Shown in pieces: positions 27,401-40,787 of a DNA stretch of 64,000 nucleotides. This DNA comes from Geosiphon pyriformis uo1 (taxonomy: Eukaryota; Fungi; Glomeromycota): NCBI GenBank assembly GCA_016748015.1, contig JAAOMT010000577.1, forward strand, positions 186,001 to 250,000, given 5' to 3'. The number at the start of each line of letters is the position of its first letter. Within the stretch, counting starts at the first letter, position 1. Position numbers and translations under genes: made by a program. A model generated the notes under the pieces. That model searched no databases and had not been told where the DNA came from. It saw only the letters and a list, made by a program, of their open reading frames with translations.

Positions 27401-27866
27401 TTTTAATCATTTATTTCCGACAATTATTGTGTAATTTTAGTTTTTAATATTTTCATATTAGTTTTAATAAATATATTATTAATTTAAATAAAAATAGCTT
27501 TAATAATTTCTAATTTTTTTTTGTTTTAATAAATATTAGTTATTAATTTGATTAATAATTTGGCAACTTTTTTTTTAATTGCGTTTAAAAAATACTAAAC
27601 TATAACACTAACTAAAAAATTATTATCTAAATTAAGTTTATGAAATATTCAATTATTTGACTTTTATAAATAAGAAAAATAATATTATTGCTAATAATTA
27701 AAGTTGTTTATTATAAGTACTTATTGGTTTTAAGCTGCCTTTTTTTTGAGTATTAATAATTTTCAAAGATTTTTTTAAAACTAAAAATGTGTTATTAACT
27801 GACCAAAAATAATATAAACAAGTGTTTCTATTAAATTCTTGACTATTAAATAAAAGTCTAATTTTT

Positions 27867-27972
27867 GTGGCTAGCCACATGTAGTAAGTGCGTGAGTCGC
27901 GTTTAGTTTAGGCCACTTAGTCTGGCTCTATGTACTAGATAGCGGTTGGGCTTCACTCGGTAAAAAAAAAAA
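27867..27972 (+). mobile_element. 106-bp 5'-truncated LINE 3'-end insertion with poly(A) and 9-bp TSD
   Basis: Flanked by CTAATTTTT (27858-27866 and 27973-27981); ends in A11; ungapped alignment to the reverse complement of 683-776. Confidence 0.88.
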
Positions 27973-29430
27973 CTAATTTTTAAATAATTTTTAATAATTT
28001 CAACTTTGGTAAATTTTTAAATAAGTTTAATTTTAAGATTTTATTCTTGTTGTTAAATATTAAAATAATTGTATTAAAATTTAGATTTAAATTTAGATTT
28101 TGTTTTTTAGATTTAGTTTGGCTTAATAGTTTGTTATTGTTTTTTTGAAGTTTTATGTTATTATTAATTAAACAAAAAGTGTTCTTCTTTTTGGTTTGTA
28201 TTTTTACTTTTAGAAAGTATGTTTATTAGTTTAAAGATTGATATTCTATTGCTTTAACTAAAAAATTTTTCCAAAAAAGTTTGCATAAACTTGGTGAGTA
28301 TTTTAATTAAGAACTTAATTATTATTGTTTTTATTGTTTTGTTAATTGTTATTTTTAAATTTAGAAAAAGTATTAACAGATTATTGCAGTTTTGTGTTAT
28401 ATAATTAATATTTTCACATTAATAATAAACTAAAAAATTTTAATTTCTAGATTTTGAATTATATTGAAACTGTTAAAACTAATTATAATAGAACTAGTAT
28501 TAAAATCTTAGAAGTTTTTGATTTTTTTGTACTATTCAGACTATAAGTTTCAAAATTTGTTGTTAATCTATTAATTAATTATTTGTTAAAATCTTATAAA
28601 CAGTAAATAATATATCAATTATTTGAAAAACAGAAATAAAAGCTAGAATAGTTATTAAAAATAAAAAAACATTTTCTAAATGTATTCTTTAATTATTTTT
28701 TATTTGTTAAATTATCTTTATTGTTATTTCTTATATTAAATTATTTTTTATAAGAAATAATCAAAAAACATAAAATAAGTTTGTTCTTAAATTTTTGATA
28801 AAAAAGTGCATTTTATTTCTTCTTAAGTTTACTTGTTTTAATTTTTAAATTACTTTAATATATTTAGTAATTATTTTTTTTGGACTTTGTATTTTTTTTA
28901 ATTTTTTTTTATTTAGATATTAATATTAATGTTTTAAATTTTTTTAAATCTAATGATAAAAAAAGTTGTGTTTTGGTCAGCATTTTTAAAAGACCATTAA
29001 AAAATTTGTTATACAGTTTAATTAGCAGTTTCTTAAGTAAACTATATAATAAAATTTTTTTAAAAATATCTTTTAATTATTTAAAACTTGTAATTACAGC
29101 TTTTTTAAAATTTTTAAGCATTTTATAAAATTTTAGAAGTTTTTTTTGAACAAAAATAAAGAACTTATTAACAATTTAAACCAATTTAAATATCTTAAAA
29201 AACTAATAAAATATCTGCTTTATTAAAAACCATAATAAATATTAGAATTCAGATTTTTTAATCTGAATAACTTAAAAAAAATTAAAACAGAAGCTGTTTG
29301 ATAATTTAATTATGTATTATAAAATAATTTCAAATTTTTTGTACTAAAAAAGTAATCATTTATATAGATAATAAATAATTTCAAAATTTAACAATTTTAT
29401 AAAAAATTCTATTTTTATATTATAATTAGA

Positions 29431-30080
29431 TATAATATGTTAATAAATAATAAAAAAACAGTATTGTATAGCAATAAAAATAATAAAAAAGTAATTTAAC
29501 TTTAATAAGTAAATTAAATCACTAAGAATTTAATATATAAAATTAACTTTATAAATATCTTATTTATTTATTTTTTCAAAAGATAACAAAAAAGTTTAAA
29601 AATAAAATAATAATTTATTCTGTTAACAAAAATTAATACATTAATATAATTTTATGTTTTATGTTAGTATTTTTAGAATTTAATATTAAGTATTAATTGT
29701 ATACTTTAATAAATATTTATTTAATATATATTACAAAAATTAACAATTATACAAACAAGAAAAAAAAATAAAAAATTAATATTATTGTATTAATTTTTGT
29801 TTTAAATAAATTTGATATATATAAATTTCTACAGCTTTAAAAAATTTTGTTTATATATTTTTAAAAAATAATAATAATTAAATCAATAATTACATCAATA
29901 ATTAAGTTAATAATTACATCAATAATTTAATCAATAATTAAGTTATTAATTAAGTCAATAATTATATTAATAATTACTTTTAAAATAAAATAGCTAATTA
30001 ATATTATTAATAATTAATATATGCAATTAACTATAATTAAAAATAAATAAAATTAAAAAGTAAAAGTTTCAAATATAACA
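29431..30080. repeat. LTR copy B (5' LTR of the minus-strand Gypsy)
   Basis: Ends ...TATAACA at 30080; start TATAATA is the transition-mutated form of TGTAACA; homologous to 23765-24448. Confidence 0.8.
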
Positions 30081-30599
30081 ATATTATTAATTTTAAAAAT
30101 TGTATAATTAAAAAAAACATTAATTAATTTGGTCTTAAAAATATTTTTTAAAATAAAAAACATATTATAAAAAATCATAACAACAAAAACAGAAACAAAA
30201 TCAAAAGTCAAAACAAATTTACAATTTTAATTAATAATAATATTTTAAAATATAAATTTTAAACAAAAAAGCTTAAAACACAATCTTTACATAAATTAAG
30301 TTAAATCTTAAAAAAACACTAAACACAAAATAAAAATTACCTGCTTAAAAATTTTTTAATAATTAGTAATTTTTGTAAATATTATTAATATTGGCATAAT
30401 TTTCAAAAAAAAAAGTTGTTTTAATTTTTATATTATTAATCTAACTTTTAAAATTAAATAAAAATAATTAAACAATAATATGCTTTTAGTGATAATTAAA
30501 TATTATAATTGGTGTTGGCAAAACAAAATTAATATAAAAATTAGCAATACAAAAAACCAAACTCTTATTTTTTAAATAAATAAATTTTAAAACAACAAT

Positions 30600-31679
30600 A
30601 ATAAAAACACTTTTTTCTTTTTTGCTTTTAAAAAACACTCTTAATTTAATTGGTATTTAAAAAACAATTACTAATTTTCTAAGTAAGTAATTTTTAAAAT
30701 CAAGTTGGTTTATTTTAAAACTGTATTTTAATTTTTATATAAATTTATTAATTTAAAATTGATTATTAAAAACAATATAAAGCTTTTCTGAATAAAGTTT
30801 GTATTTCAAGTTCTTTTAAATGCTGCTGTTTGAATTAAATTTGCTAAATTACCTGTTTTTTACTACTCTTGAAATTGCAAATTTTTTTGTAATATTTAAT
30901 TTTGATTTTGCTTTTGCTTTTGCTGCTATAGTTTTTTATAATGTTTTTTTAATGTAATTAAAAATGCTCTTAATATTTTTGGTAAAGTTTTTGATATTAA
31001 ATTAAAGTTTGCTTATTTGTAGTAATATACTATTGTGCATTTTAAGTTTTTTAAAGCTGTTCTTGTTATTGGTTGGTTTTGTTAGTTAAGAATAATGTCA
31101 AGATTTTTTTTTTTTGGTGGTACACTCTTTAAAATTAGTGAATTGGTTCCTTAGATTAATAATCAAATTTGTTTTATTTTTTAGTATTTTGATAATTATC
31201 ATCAAAAATTTGTTATTGTTATTTTTAAATTCAAAAAAGCATATAATAATACTGTTTTTAAGACTGGACTCTTATAAAAAAGTCATATTTTATAGAAAGC
31301 TTCTAGATGTTAATGCTATTATAAATGTTAAAATTTGGAGCATTTAGTTTCTAATTGTAAAACTGTCTTACTGGTTTGTAAAAACTCTTTAAAGCCTTTA
31401 ATTGTATTTAAGGTTCCAGTAAAATGGTCTGCTGGTTTGATATTTAATATCAAAGACTGCTGTTTTTCTATTGTTACAAATGTTTTCTAACATGACATAT
31501 AAATCTAAATTGAAATTTCTTGAGTCAAATTAAAGATGAAAATAAATTTGCCAACTATTTTGGTAAGATAAAAGTACTTGGTGAATTTGGGTTGAAAGAT
31601 AGCTAAATATTTATTAACTTAGGTCTAAGTGGCTGGTCATGTGTAGAAATATGTATAATCTACATTTATAGTTGTAACA
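30600..31679 (-). mobile_element. 5' part of another LTR retrotransposon relic with a 208-bp LTR (31472-31679)
   Basis: Segment bounded by perfect inverted TGTTACA (31472-31478) / TGTAACA (31673-31679); a related terminus recurs at ~60785-60842; adjacent CpG-free internal region. Confidence 0.6.
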
Positions 31680-32833
31680 TTTTGTAGAAAATAAAATAAA
31701 CATTGAAAGAAAACACATTGTTAAAACAATAAAAAAAAAATGAAATTCATTGGTTAAAAGTAAATAATAATATTAAAATAAAAATCTGAACATATATTTA
31801 CTTTAACTAATTTAATTTTAATTTTATTAAAAGCAATATATATATTTTTTATTGATATTTATTTTCAATTTATATTGAAAAAATAATAATTAATTAAATT
31901 ATCATTTTAATTAATAAAATTTAATAAAAGTGTTTTATTAAATTCAAGATTTCTAGCTTTGAAAAACAAGTCATTATTCAAATATATATATATATGAATG
32001 AAAAACCGATTTTGAAATTTTAAAAATTTTAGTTTTCCAATTCAATACATTTATTCTCAACCTTAGTAGTAATAATAATAATAGTAGTAGTAGTAGGTCT
32101 CAGCACTAGTAGTTTACGCGAAAATATTTTCTAACAACCTTTGATCAAATTAAAATTAAAAAGAGTAAAGATTAACTAATTTGAAAAAAAGAACTATTCA
32201 AGCAGACCAAATGTCATTATAATAATAGGGTAGACTAATTTTTGGGGAAAAAAAGCGTGTCTATCATTCAAGTTTTTGAAGTGCAAGAAATTTGAACGAC
32301 AGCCTATCAAAAACTCAAATTCTAAATTGACCAAAACAGCATTATTGGAGAAAGGGTTTTTGGATAAACTTTTTAAAGTTATTGCAAGTTGTAACATTTT
32401 ACCGAATTTGTAAGAAAAAATTTTTTATCCCTTTCAACACAAGGGAAAATATTGACACAACAAACGATCGTTGGGCAAAAACACAAAATTGTTTCAAGAA
32501 AAAGCATATGATGATTTGCATCATGCATTGGTAGCTCGATTAATCGGAAAAAGTGGCGCCCCGCCGCTAATTGATTAAATTTCAGAAAGGCACTGTTCTG
32601 ATTTTAAGGTTTGAAATCTCATATCAATCACATTCATTCATTCATTCAATTTAACGATGATCAAAAAATTTTTTATTGAAAAATTTGAGTCTAAAAACAA
32701 AATATTCAAAAAAGAAAACGAAAATCAAGGGAAGGGAGGGGAAAGAAAAGGTAATAAAAAAAAACTTTGACAAGCAAAGTTTATATATATTTGTTCATTT
32801 ATATACTGTACAAAAAAAGGGCGAAACCAAGAA

Positions 32834-32853
32834 NNNNNNNNNNNNNNNNNNNN
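32834..32853. other. Assembly gap (20 N)
   Basis: Seen directly. Confidence 1.
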
Positions 32854-33691
32854 AAAAACGAAAACGAAAAATAAAAAAAACCTATCTACAAGAAAATGAT
32901 TTTTTTTTTTTTTTTTTTTTGAATTCAAGTCTATTGAACTTTAGAGTTTTACGCATCAATGTATAAAACTGAATGTACGAAGAATTTTTGGGTAAAAATA
33001 AAAAAAGAAATTCGTTGGATATATCTAGTTTTTGGAGGAGGAGGAGGAGAAATAAAACAAATAAAAACTGTACAGCAATGGTCAAGAAAATAGCCATTGT
33101 AAATAAAAATTTTGGTCTTCAAGAAGAGCTCTTGGCTCTTCTTGAAGATTTAAAAGACATGTCTCGTTTAAAATTTGAGTCAAAAAAAAATATACATGAA
33201 AGAAAAAAAGATATCATATAAAGTTTTTATCGTATTCAGAGTATGTACATAAAAAAATTTTGATTTTTGTTGGCCAACAATATATATAAAATAAAGGGGA
33301 GGTAGGGAAACGTAACGAGGTGAGTTTTCGTTAGTTCCTAGTGGATAAATTTTGGATTTATAATAATAAAGAGGTGAAATTTTCATAAGAAAAAAAAGGA
33401 TAAAGCTTTATTTTGTTATTTAAAAAAAAAGAAAAAGAAAAAAGAAAAAAGAGCTGACAATATCGTTTGATGGGAATTTTTGGCTGAGAGCATTATTTTG
33501 TTGATCCCACGATAGAGATAATGATGATGTAAGATGTGTTGTTGATATTGTGGTTGATATTGTGATTAATAATGATGTGAGGGTGATAAATCATTTTCGC
33601 TCTCGGGTCAAAGCGAAAAATGCGAGAAATGATAATGACAATAGTGATGATGGTGATTATGTTGAATGGTTGAATGTCAAATTTTTTAAGT

Positions 33692-33720
33692 AAATGGAGT
33701 ATTTTAGAAATACTCCATTT
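33692..33720. other. Perfect 13-bp inverted repeat with 3-nt loop
   Basis: AAATGGAGTATTT-tag-AAATACTCCATTT. Confidence 0.9.
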
Positions 33721-34060
33721 GAATGTTCAATTTTAAATTCCTAATTAATGAATTCTTTTTTCGAATCTGATAGGAAGTTTTCAGCTTATCAGTTATTTTT
33801 GGAAAGGTGGTTACATGGCGAAAAGGATGATCGTTTCATATTTTTGGGGATGCAGGTATTTTTGTTTTTCATAAATATTGATGAGAATTTTGTGGTGGGT
33901 GATGATGATGATGATGCTGATGATGATGTTGTTGTTGTTGTTGTTAAATGATTCCTTAATTTAAGTAACCACCTGAATAATTTTGGTTTTATTTTTATGA
34001 TGATGATGATATTGATATTGATATTGATATTGATAATGAAATTCAACCATTGATAGAAAT

Positions 34061-34609
34061 TTAGGAACGATCATATTGCCGATGAACCCCAAGTGGTAAA
34101 CGCATTGAAACTCTAGGATTCATTCGTAAATTCATTTCAATTCGCTGTCTCAGTGCGATACGTTTAAATCTTCGCTTAACTTCTTCAGGTTCTGCGTCCC
34201 ACATCTCAATCACCATCTTCAAAGATAATCCAGATGTATCGTCAGATGACAGTTCAGTACGTTTACTTTTATAATAAATATCAAGAGCGGTGATTTGATG
34301 TTGAGCATGAACAGCTGCAGGTGATTTTCGTAGATTAGAAAGCGATGGCGTTGATGAGGAATATGAGGAGGGGGCTAATGGGATTGATTCATTATCCCGA
34401 TTATCTTTTTGTTCAAATTGTTGTCTTGCCCTAATGATGTTTAAATTTTGAGTTGGTATCAAGACCGGGGTAAATCCTTCTGGGATGAAATAGGTTCTCA
34501 AATTTTCTTGACTCCCTCTGAAATTTCGCATTCTTGTCTCGTATTGAATATTGTTGTTGTTAGCTGCGGCAGCATTAATTGTATTCAATGCATTACTTAT
34601 AATATTACG

Positions 34610-34640
<31 letters not shown>

Positions 34641-34774
34641 TCATTATTATTATTATTATTATTATTTGCAGCCGAGACATTAGAGGCATTAATCATTGAA
34701 GGATCATGTGTAGCGTCAAGTAGCAAATGAGGTGGAAGAACAAGAACCGGATATTGCAAATTTTGTGAACCCAT
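34061..34774 (-). CDS. HMG-box (MATA-HMG-like) transcription factor with poly-Asn tracts, intronless
   Basis: 237-aa ORF; C-terminal 'ITALDIYYKSKR...SLKMVIEMWDAEPEEVKRRFKRIA' fits a divergent HMG box (AF.lY ... W..EPEEVK..Y..lA). AMF are known to have expanded MATA-HMG families. Confidence 0.75.
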
Positions 34775-34793
34775 TATTATTATTATTATTATT

Positions 34794-34830
<37 letters not shown>

Positions 34831-35643
34831 CTCTTACTGTTACTGTTATTCGTTATTAATGTGACGATGAATGTTGTGGGGTAATTATTGATTTCTGAAA
34901 TAAGAAAAAATTTTGGGAGCAAAAAATTTTGTGAAATGTAACGAGAAATAAAAACTCGTTTAATGAAAATCAGAAATCAAGTTTTCACAATTTTATGTGT
35001 GAAAATAAAATTTTCGAGAATTAATAATTTAAAAATGGGTTCATGAAATTATCCAATTAACTAGGAAAATCAAAATCTTGTTCGTTCACCGAATTCCAAA
35101 ATGATATTTATAATAGAGAGGAATTCAAAAAGGTAGGTGTGGGGAAAAAAGGCGAAATTCAATGAAATTACCAAAAATTATTTATAAAGAAATAAGTTGG
35201 TTGGTTGGTTGGTTGTTTGTTTGGGGTCATTTAAAAAAAAATAAAAAATAAAAATGATATCAAAAATCTTTTTGTCAAAACTTTCTCTGTAGTTTCGGTT
35301 TTTGCGTTTAGTTACGTATGAATATATGTTTTTGTTGTTGGATGTTTGACAAAGTTTTTAGTAAATGAAATGAAATTCAAAAACTATTTGAACTAGGCAA
35401 ACAAACGAGAGAGAAAGATTGAACGAAAAGTAGATATTGTGGTCAAAACACCGGTTTGGTAGAGCTTTTTATATTTGAAATTGATTAAAAAAAAAGCTTT
35501 TTGAAAACAAGGAATTTTTTAGAGAATAAATTAACGTGTGAGTGATTCGTGAATTGAGGTCAAGAACAATGAAGAACTATTATTAAGGGTAAGGATGGAT
35601 ATAGGTATGTATGTATGTATGGATGGATGGATGGATGATCATG

Positions 35644-35682
<39 letters not shown>

Positions 35683-36092
35683 TGAATATTTATTAATAAG
35701 AATAATAGATAATAGAAAAAAAAAAGAATTGAAATAATCAGCGAGAATGTTTCAATGCCGAGTCTCAATATTTGCACATAAAAGCTATCATTGTATTGTA
35801 TTGTCTCGTAATCTTTTGTTGGTAATTCAGCACAATGGCAATGGCGTACCGTTGATGTACATACACATACACGGTAATCTAAACTGTGGGTGAGAGAATC
35901 TCTGTTTGGGATGTGTTTTCTGACAACTTGTCTCTCTATTTTGATCTTTTTCGGATTCACCGTCACTCTATTTTAATGATTTACACACATGATTCTCGAG
36001 ACAGCAATCAATCCAGGCAGAACCAGATTTTGTCAAGATTTTTTGTTGTCAAAATTGGTAAGTCTAAGAAATAGTAATAGAATGTGATGTGC

Positions 36093-36190
36093 TTTTGTTG
36101 TTGTTGTTGTTGTTGTTCTTCTTGTAGTGGTGGTGGTGGTGGTGGTGGTGGTGGTGGTGGTGGTGGTGGTAGTGGTGGTGGTGGTAGTGA
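36093..36190. repeat. Compound microsatellite (TTG)n-(GGT)n
   Basis: Seen directly. Confidence 0.9.
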
Positions 36191-36650
36191 TGTGATGTGA
36201 TAGTGGTTGTAGTAATCGTAGTGTTTAGCAATAGTAAAAATATTAAATATGTGTGTATGTATGTATATATGTATGTATGTATTTATATATGTATATATGT
36301 ATGCATGCATGCGTGAGTTTTAAAATTATAATTTGTCTGGGAAAAGGTGGGAGACAAGAAAAATTTTATTAAAAATAATTTTCATGATTGGATTCGATTA
36401 ATAAATTAATGGGTGATACTTTCTTTGAATTAATGAAAAAAAAATGCATTAAACAATTTTGAAAAAAGGAAAAAAAAAACTGCAAAAAAATTCCATAAAA
36501 ATGCAGTAGAAGGAACTAGAATATGTATCTGTCATATCTTTTGCTGTTAATTAATCTTTAAAAAGGTTTTAAGTTTCGGGAAACTTTCCTTATCGAACTA
36601 GAATTGTTTTCTTTTTAATGAAAAAGAATATTTTTTTAAAGTTTTTTATG

Positions 36651-36735
36651 ATAAATAAATAAATAAACAAATCAAATCAAATCAAATCAAATCAAATCAA
36701 ATCAAATCAATAAATAAATAAATAAATAAATAAAT
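36651..36735. repeat. Compound microsatellite (TAAA)n-(TCAAA)n-(TAAA)n
   Basis: Seen directly. Confidence 0.9.
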
Positions 36736-37853
36736 TTTGAATTAAATGAATGAAGCAGCTGATGAACTTAAAATATGAGCCAATTTAATTAAAAAATAAA
36801 ATTTTATTTGATCATCATCATATTTTATAAATTAAATTAATTTTTGGAATTTTTGGATTTTATTAATAATAAAGAGAGAAAATGAATTATTTTAAAAAAT
36901 ATTTTCTTTAAATGTTTCTCAACAGTAGAATAAGTAAATAGGAATAATAACTTTTTTTGTGAACGTTTTTTTTTAATCGTCCGAGCTCACGAACAAACCC
37001 AAATCATCATTGCATATTTCCAAAGGTAGATACAATTTGTATCTTGTTTTTTTTTTTTATAATTCAATCAACAAGAACCAGAACAAAGACAAAAACTACA
37101 ACAAAGACAAAAACAACAACAACAACAACAACAAAAACAACAACAACGACAACAACAACAATAAAGAATAGCAAAAATTCCAACATCATGTTTTAATTTA
37201 AAACAACCTTGTTTTATTTTTAAAATTATTTTTTCGTTGAAATGTGATATATATTTTTTTTTCTCTAATTTTCTCTTTTGCTTCATTATTCGGGAAAACA
37301 AAATTTTTCGTTATTGTTTCAGCTTTGATCCTTTTAGCCGAGAGGTTTTTTGATATTATTGTTTCACATCATTGCTGCTTCTTCTTTTTTTTTTTTTGAT
37401 GGTGGTCATACAAAATAAACGACATTAATAATAATAACAACTTTTAATTTCTCAAATTATGTTACGAACCATGTATTAATGGTTATCAACTATGTGGGTT
37501 ATTATATAATTGTCAGAAATTTGATGCTTCCTTATGCTTAAAGATATATATTGCTAATGATTTCCGATTTGCGAACTGCAAATTTAATATTGAAGGGCGT
37601 TTCGGTCATTGTTCATTTTTTTTTTAAAAATAATTTTTTGAGAAACCGAGATGTTTGACAATTATTTTGTCCGTTAAAATCATTATCAATTTTTATTTTA
37701 TTTTATTTTATTTTATTTTTTCAAACTAATTAATTAACTATGCTAAAAAACAACAAAAGCATGAACACAATATAAAAAAGTTTAAAAAAAAGTTTAAAAA
37801 AAAAAAAAATGGACCCTGACACCAAATAAAATAATAATAACGGATGAATATTC

Positions 37854-37884
<31 letters not shown>

Positions 37885-38247
37885 CGCCGTGATAAAATTT
37901 CCCTTTTGATTATGCAAAAATACAATTGATAAATTTTTAACTTGGTGACAACATTTTATTTCATTTCCATTTTTCAAATGCAGTTTCAACTGATAATTAC
38001 AGAATAGGTTATCAGTTACTCTCAGCAGAGCTAGTACACAATACCCATTTGTCCTGGCATTGTTTCGAATCTTTTTTTCATTTCCGCATCTCGACGAGAT
38101 CTCTAGTAACACACATAGTTGGTAACACGTCACCGTAACACCAAACCCCCTCTCTCTGTTTCTTGTTTCTGTTTCTCTATATTTCCTATCTCTAGCTATT
38201 TCACTTACTCATTTACTCACTCATTTACTCACTTACCCTCTCTCTCT

Positions 38248-38293
<46 letters not shown>

Positions 38294-38642
38294 CTTTTGA
38301 ATTTTTGAATGCAATTCACATGTGCTTAAATTTTGTGTCGAGAACAATGGTCAACGGTTAACAAGTACAACTAACAAGTACAACTTTTTAAAGAGTTTCC
38401 TTGGTTTTATCTGTTTTTAACAATTATTCCAAACTTTAAAGAAAAAAAACCCTGTTCAATGCCATTGTATTTTTATTTCGAGATCTTCACTTTAATTACG
38501 GATCAGTTACGGATCGAGGATGCAGTGTTTCGCCCGTCAACCTGTCAACTTTTTCAGGAGATTTGGCAAACTAATTACCGTAGAGGGAAGTAAAGAAACG
38601 AAAACGTGTGTAATACGAAAGATTTAGGTGTCACGATTGTAC

Positions 38643-38679
<37 letters not shown>

Positions 38680-39209
38680 AATCATTATAATCATCATCAT
38701 AATCATCATCATAATCATGTCTTATTAAACAAATCATATGAGATTTTTAATTCAATTTTTTGGCATCTGAGAGAGAAACTTTATCACACTATTTTAAAAT
38801 GCATGATGCAAATCATGCATTTCCCTGCAACTAAACACACTCACTTTCATTCCGAGCTTGGTTCAACAAGATGTGATCAATTGTTTTTTGTGTAACTTTT
38901 TTGCGTCTCGTATTAATCCCGTTTGTTTGTGTTCATATTTTTCCCTTGTATCAATTTTTAATTTTTAATTTTGTTTGTTTGTTGTGTCATTTTGGTAAAT
39001 GAAAGCGAAGGGAAAAAAAAATTTTCCTCAGTTTTCGGGGATACAATAATAGGTACCTTAAAGCTTGTGCAAAATTTGGCAAGCTTCATTTCGTTTTTTT
39101 CTAGTTTTGAAACTTTAAAAGAATACAAGTTTATCCGAGATTCTTCCTTAACCATACTTTTTCTGTCAATTCTAAAACAATGGAGGGTTTGAGTTTTGAT
39201 GGTTTGTCA

Positions 39210-39292
39210 TTGTTCACTGTTCACTGTTCACTGTTCACTGTTCACTATTCATTATTCACTATCCACTATTCACTATTAACCATTCACTGTTG
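39210..39292. repeat. 7-bp tandem repeat (TGTTCAC/TATTCAC)n, ~11 copies
   Basis: Seen directly; copies drift from TGTTCAC to TATTCAC. Confidence 0.9.
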
Positions 39293-40623
39293 ACTTTCAA
39301 TCTCTTGTTCTGGGAAAAAGTTGGAGGATAAACATACTTTTGCTCCAAAATTAGCATATAATGATTCCCTCACCCGGGGTGGAGAGACTTTTAAGCATAA
39401 GGAAAATTCAAACTACCCACCAACCAAAAAATGAAACGAAGCATCAATTACTTTTGAAACAAATCCGAAATTATACATTGTGTGTACAGATATCATTTTT
39501 CATTTCTCGAAATAGAAAAGAATGATCCTAGTAAAATTATCTAAAAAAAATTTATCATAAATAATTTAAATTAGATATAAATTATAAAAAGAAAGTTAAA
39601 AATCACCTACCTACCTACCTACCTACTTACTAACTTACTTACTTAATTACTTACTTACTTACTTACTTATTTATTTACCTACCACTAACCAATTTATTAC
39701 AGTTGCATTACTAAATCTCAATAGTTTAGTATACTTACTTGAATTGTCCACAATGAATCCTTTTTTTTTTCGGTTAGTTTTTTAAATACAATGAGTTCGC
39801 TTTGTTCTTTTTGCCTCAATCTTGGTAAGACATGAAACGCGTTTTATCCTAAATTTATGTAGATTTTTACTTTATTTGTCAAAAAAAATCCTAGTCTGAA
39901 AATTTTTATTTTCTCTATTTTCTGTAATCATCGACATTATTGAAAAGCAGGGTAAAAAGAGTTTTTGGTTTGAGAAATAATGAGCCTGAGCATAATGTAT
40001 TTTTTTTGAATAAAAATTAATCTGACTAGATTGATTGATTATTTAAAGAATTGTTCAAATTGATGATTTTGCCTCATTTTTTGCATGTAAATTCATTATA
40101 AATCTCAGGTTTTATATTTAATAAAGATTTCTTTGTAAAAAGTTTTAAAACTCTTTAGAAACCAAGCTCACTAAAGGCTTTTTAGTATTGAATTCTTAAG
40201 TGAAAGAATTAAAAGTTGTCTCAAAAAAATTATCGATTTTTATTTTAAATTCCAAAAGTTTTCAAAATAAAACTTTTTTTTTCATCTTATTTTGTGATAG
40301 AAAGTAGATATCGAAGATTTAATCAATGATAATCGATTCTTGGGAATACAATCAATGTGTCAAAACTTTTGTTTAAAAAATACACTGATTATGATGTAAT
40401 CAATTTATGACGTTTACTTCGTTTCGTCAAATTGAATTAAAAAATATGAATACGAACGTGAATATTTTTTAACTTGTAAAACTACATGATAAAATAACTG
40501 CTGATTCATAATGACAAAATACTTTTTTCCATGATTTTGAATAAAATGTATGCAATTAAGTAATCTTTGCTTAATCCTTCAAAAGTTATTTTAATTATGC
40601 ATTATTTGATTCGTATCGAATAC

Positions 40624-40639
40624 AATAATAATGATGATG

Positions 40640-40725
<86 letters not shown>

Positions 40726-40750
40726 CTAATAAATAAATGATAAAAATAAA

Positions 40751-40785
<35 letters not shown>
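40624..40785. repeat. Long (TAA)n microsatellite
   Basis: Seen directly. Confidence 0.95.

Positions 40786-40787
<2 letters not shown>

Larger units (their letters stand above)
23765..30080 (-). mobile_element. Hypermutated Ty3/Gypsy LTR retrotransposon with both LTRs
   Basis: Direct repeats at 23765-24448 and 29431-30080. Minus-strand relics in Gypsy order: aspartic protease 'EYFINLI*..' / 'YTIIVGNK*LKKAK' ~27380-27660; RNase H 'ASNI...SVI' ~26545-26575 and 'YDFNIKY....NNQNTNIL' ~26330-26390; integrase HHCC 'ILARYY*....IKYIKTCNTC' ~25930-26010; integrase core 'IRHKFSSYYL*INRLIKCFN' (YHPQTNGLVERFN-type) ~25600-25670; GPY/F-like tail 'FNIGNLILEY' ~25310-25345. No TSD recognised. Confidence 0.85.

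Noticed and set aside
34061-34774. Mating-type locus
   Set aside because: A single HMG box is not diagnostic given the AMF HMG expansion; no flanking TPT/RNA helicase (Mucorales sex locus) or HD1/HD2 genes in the window.
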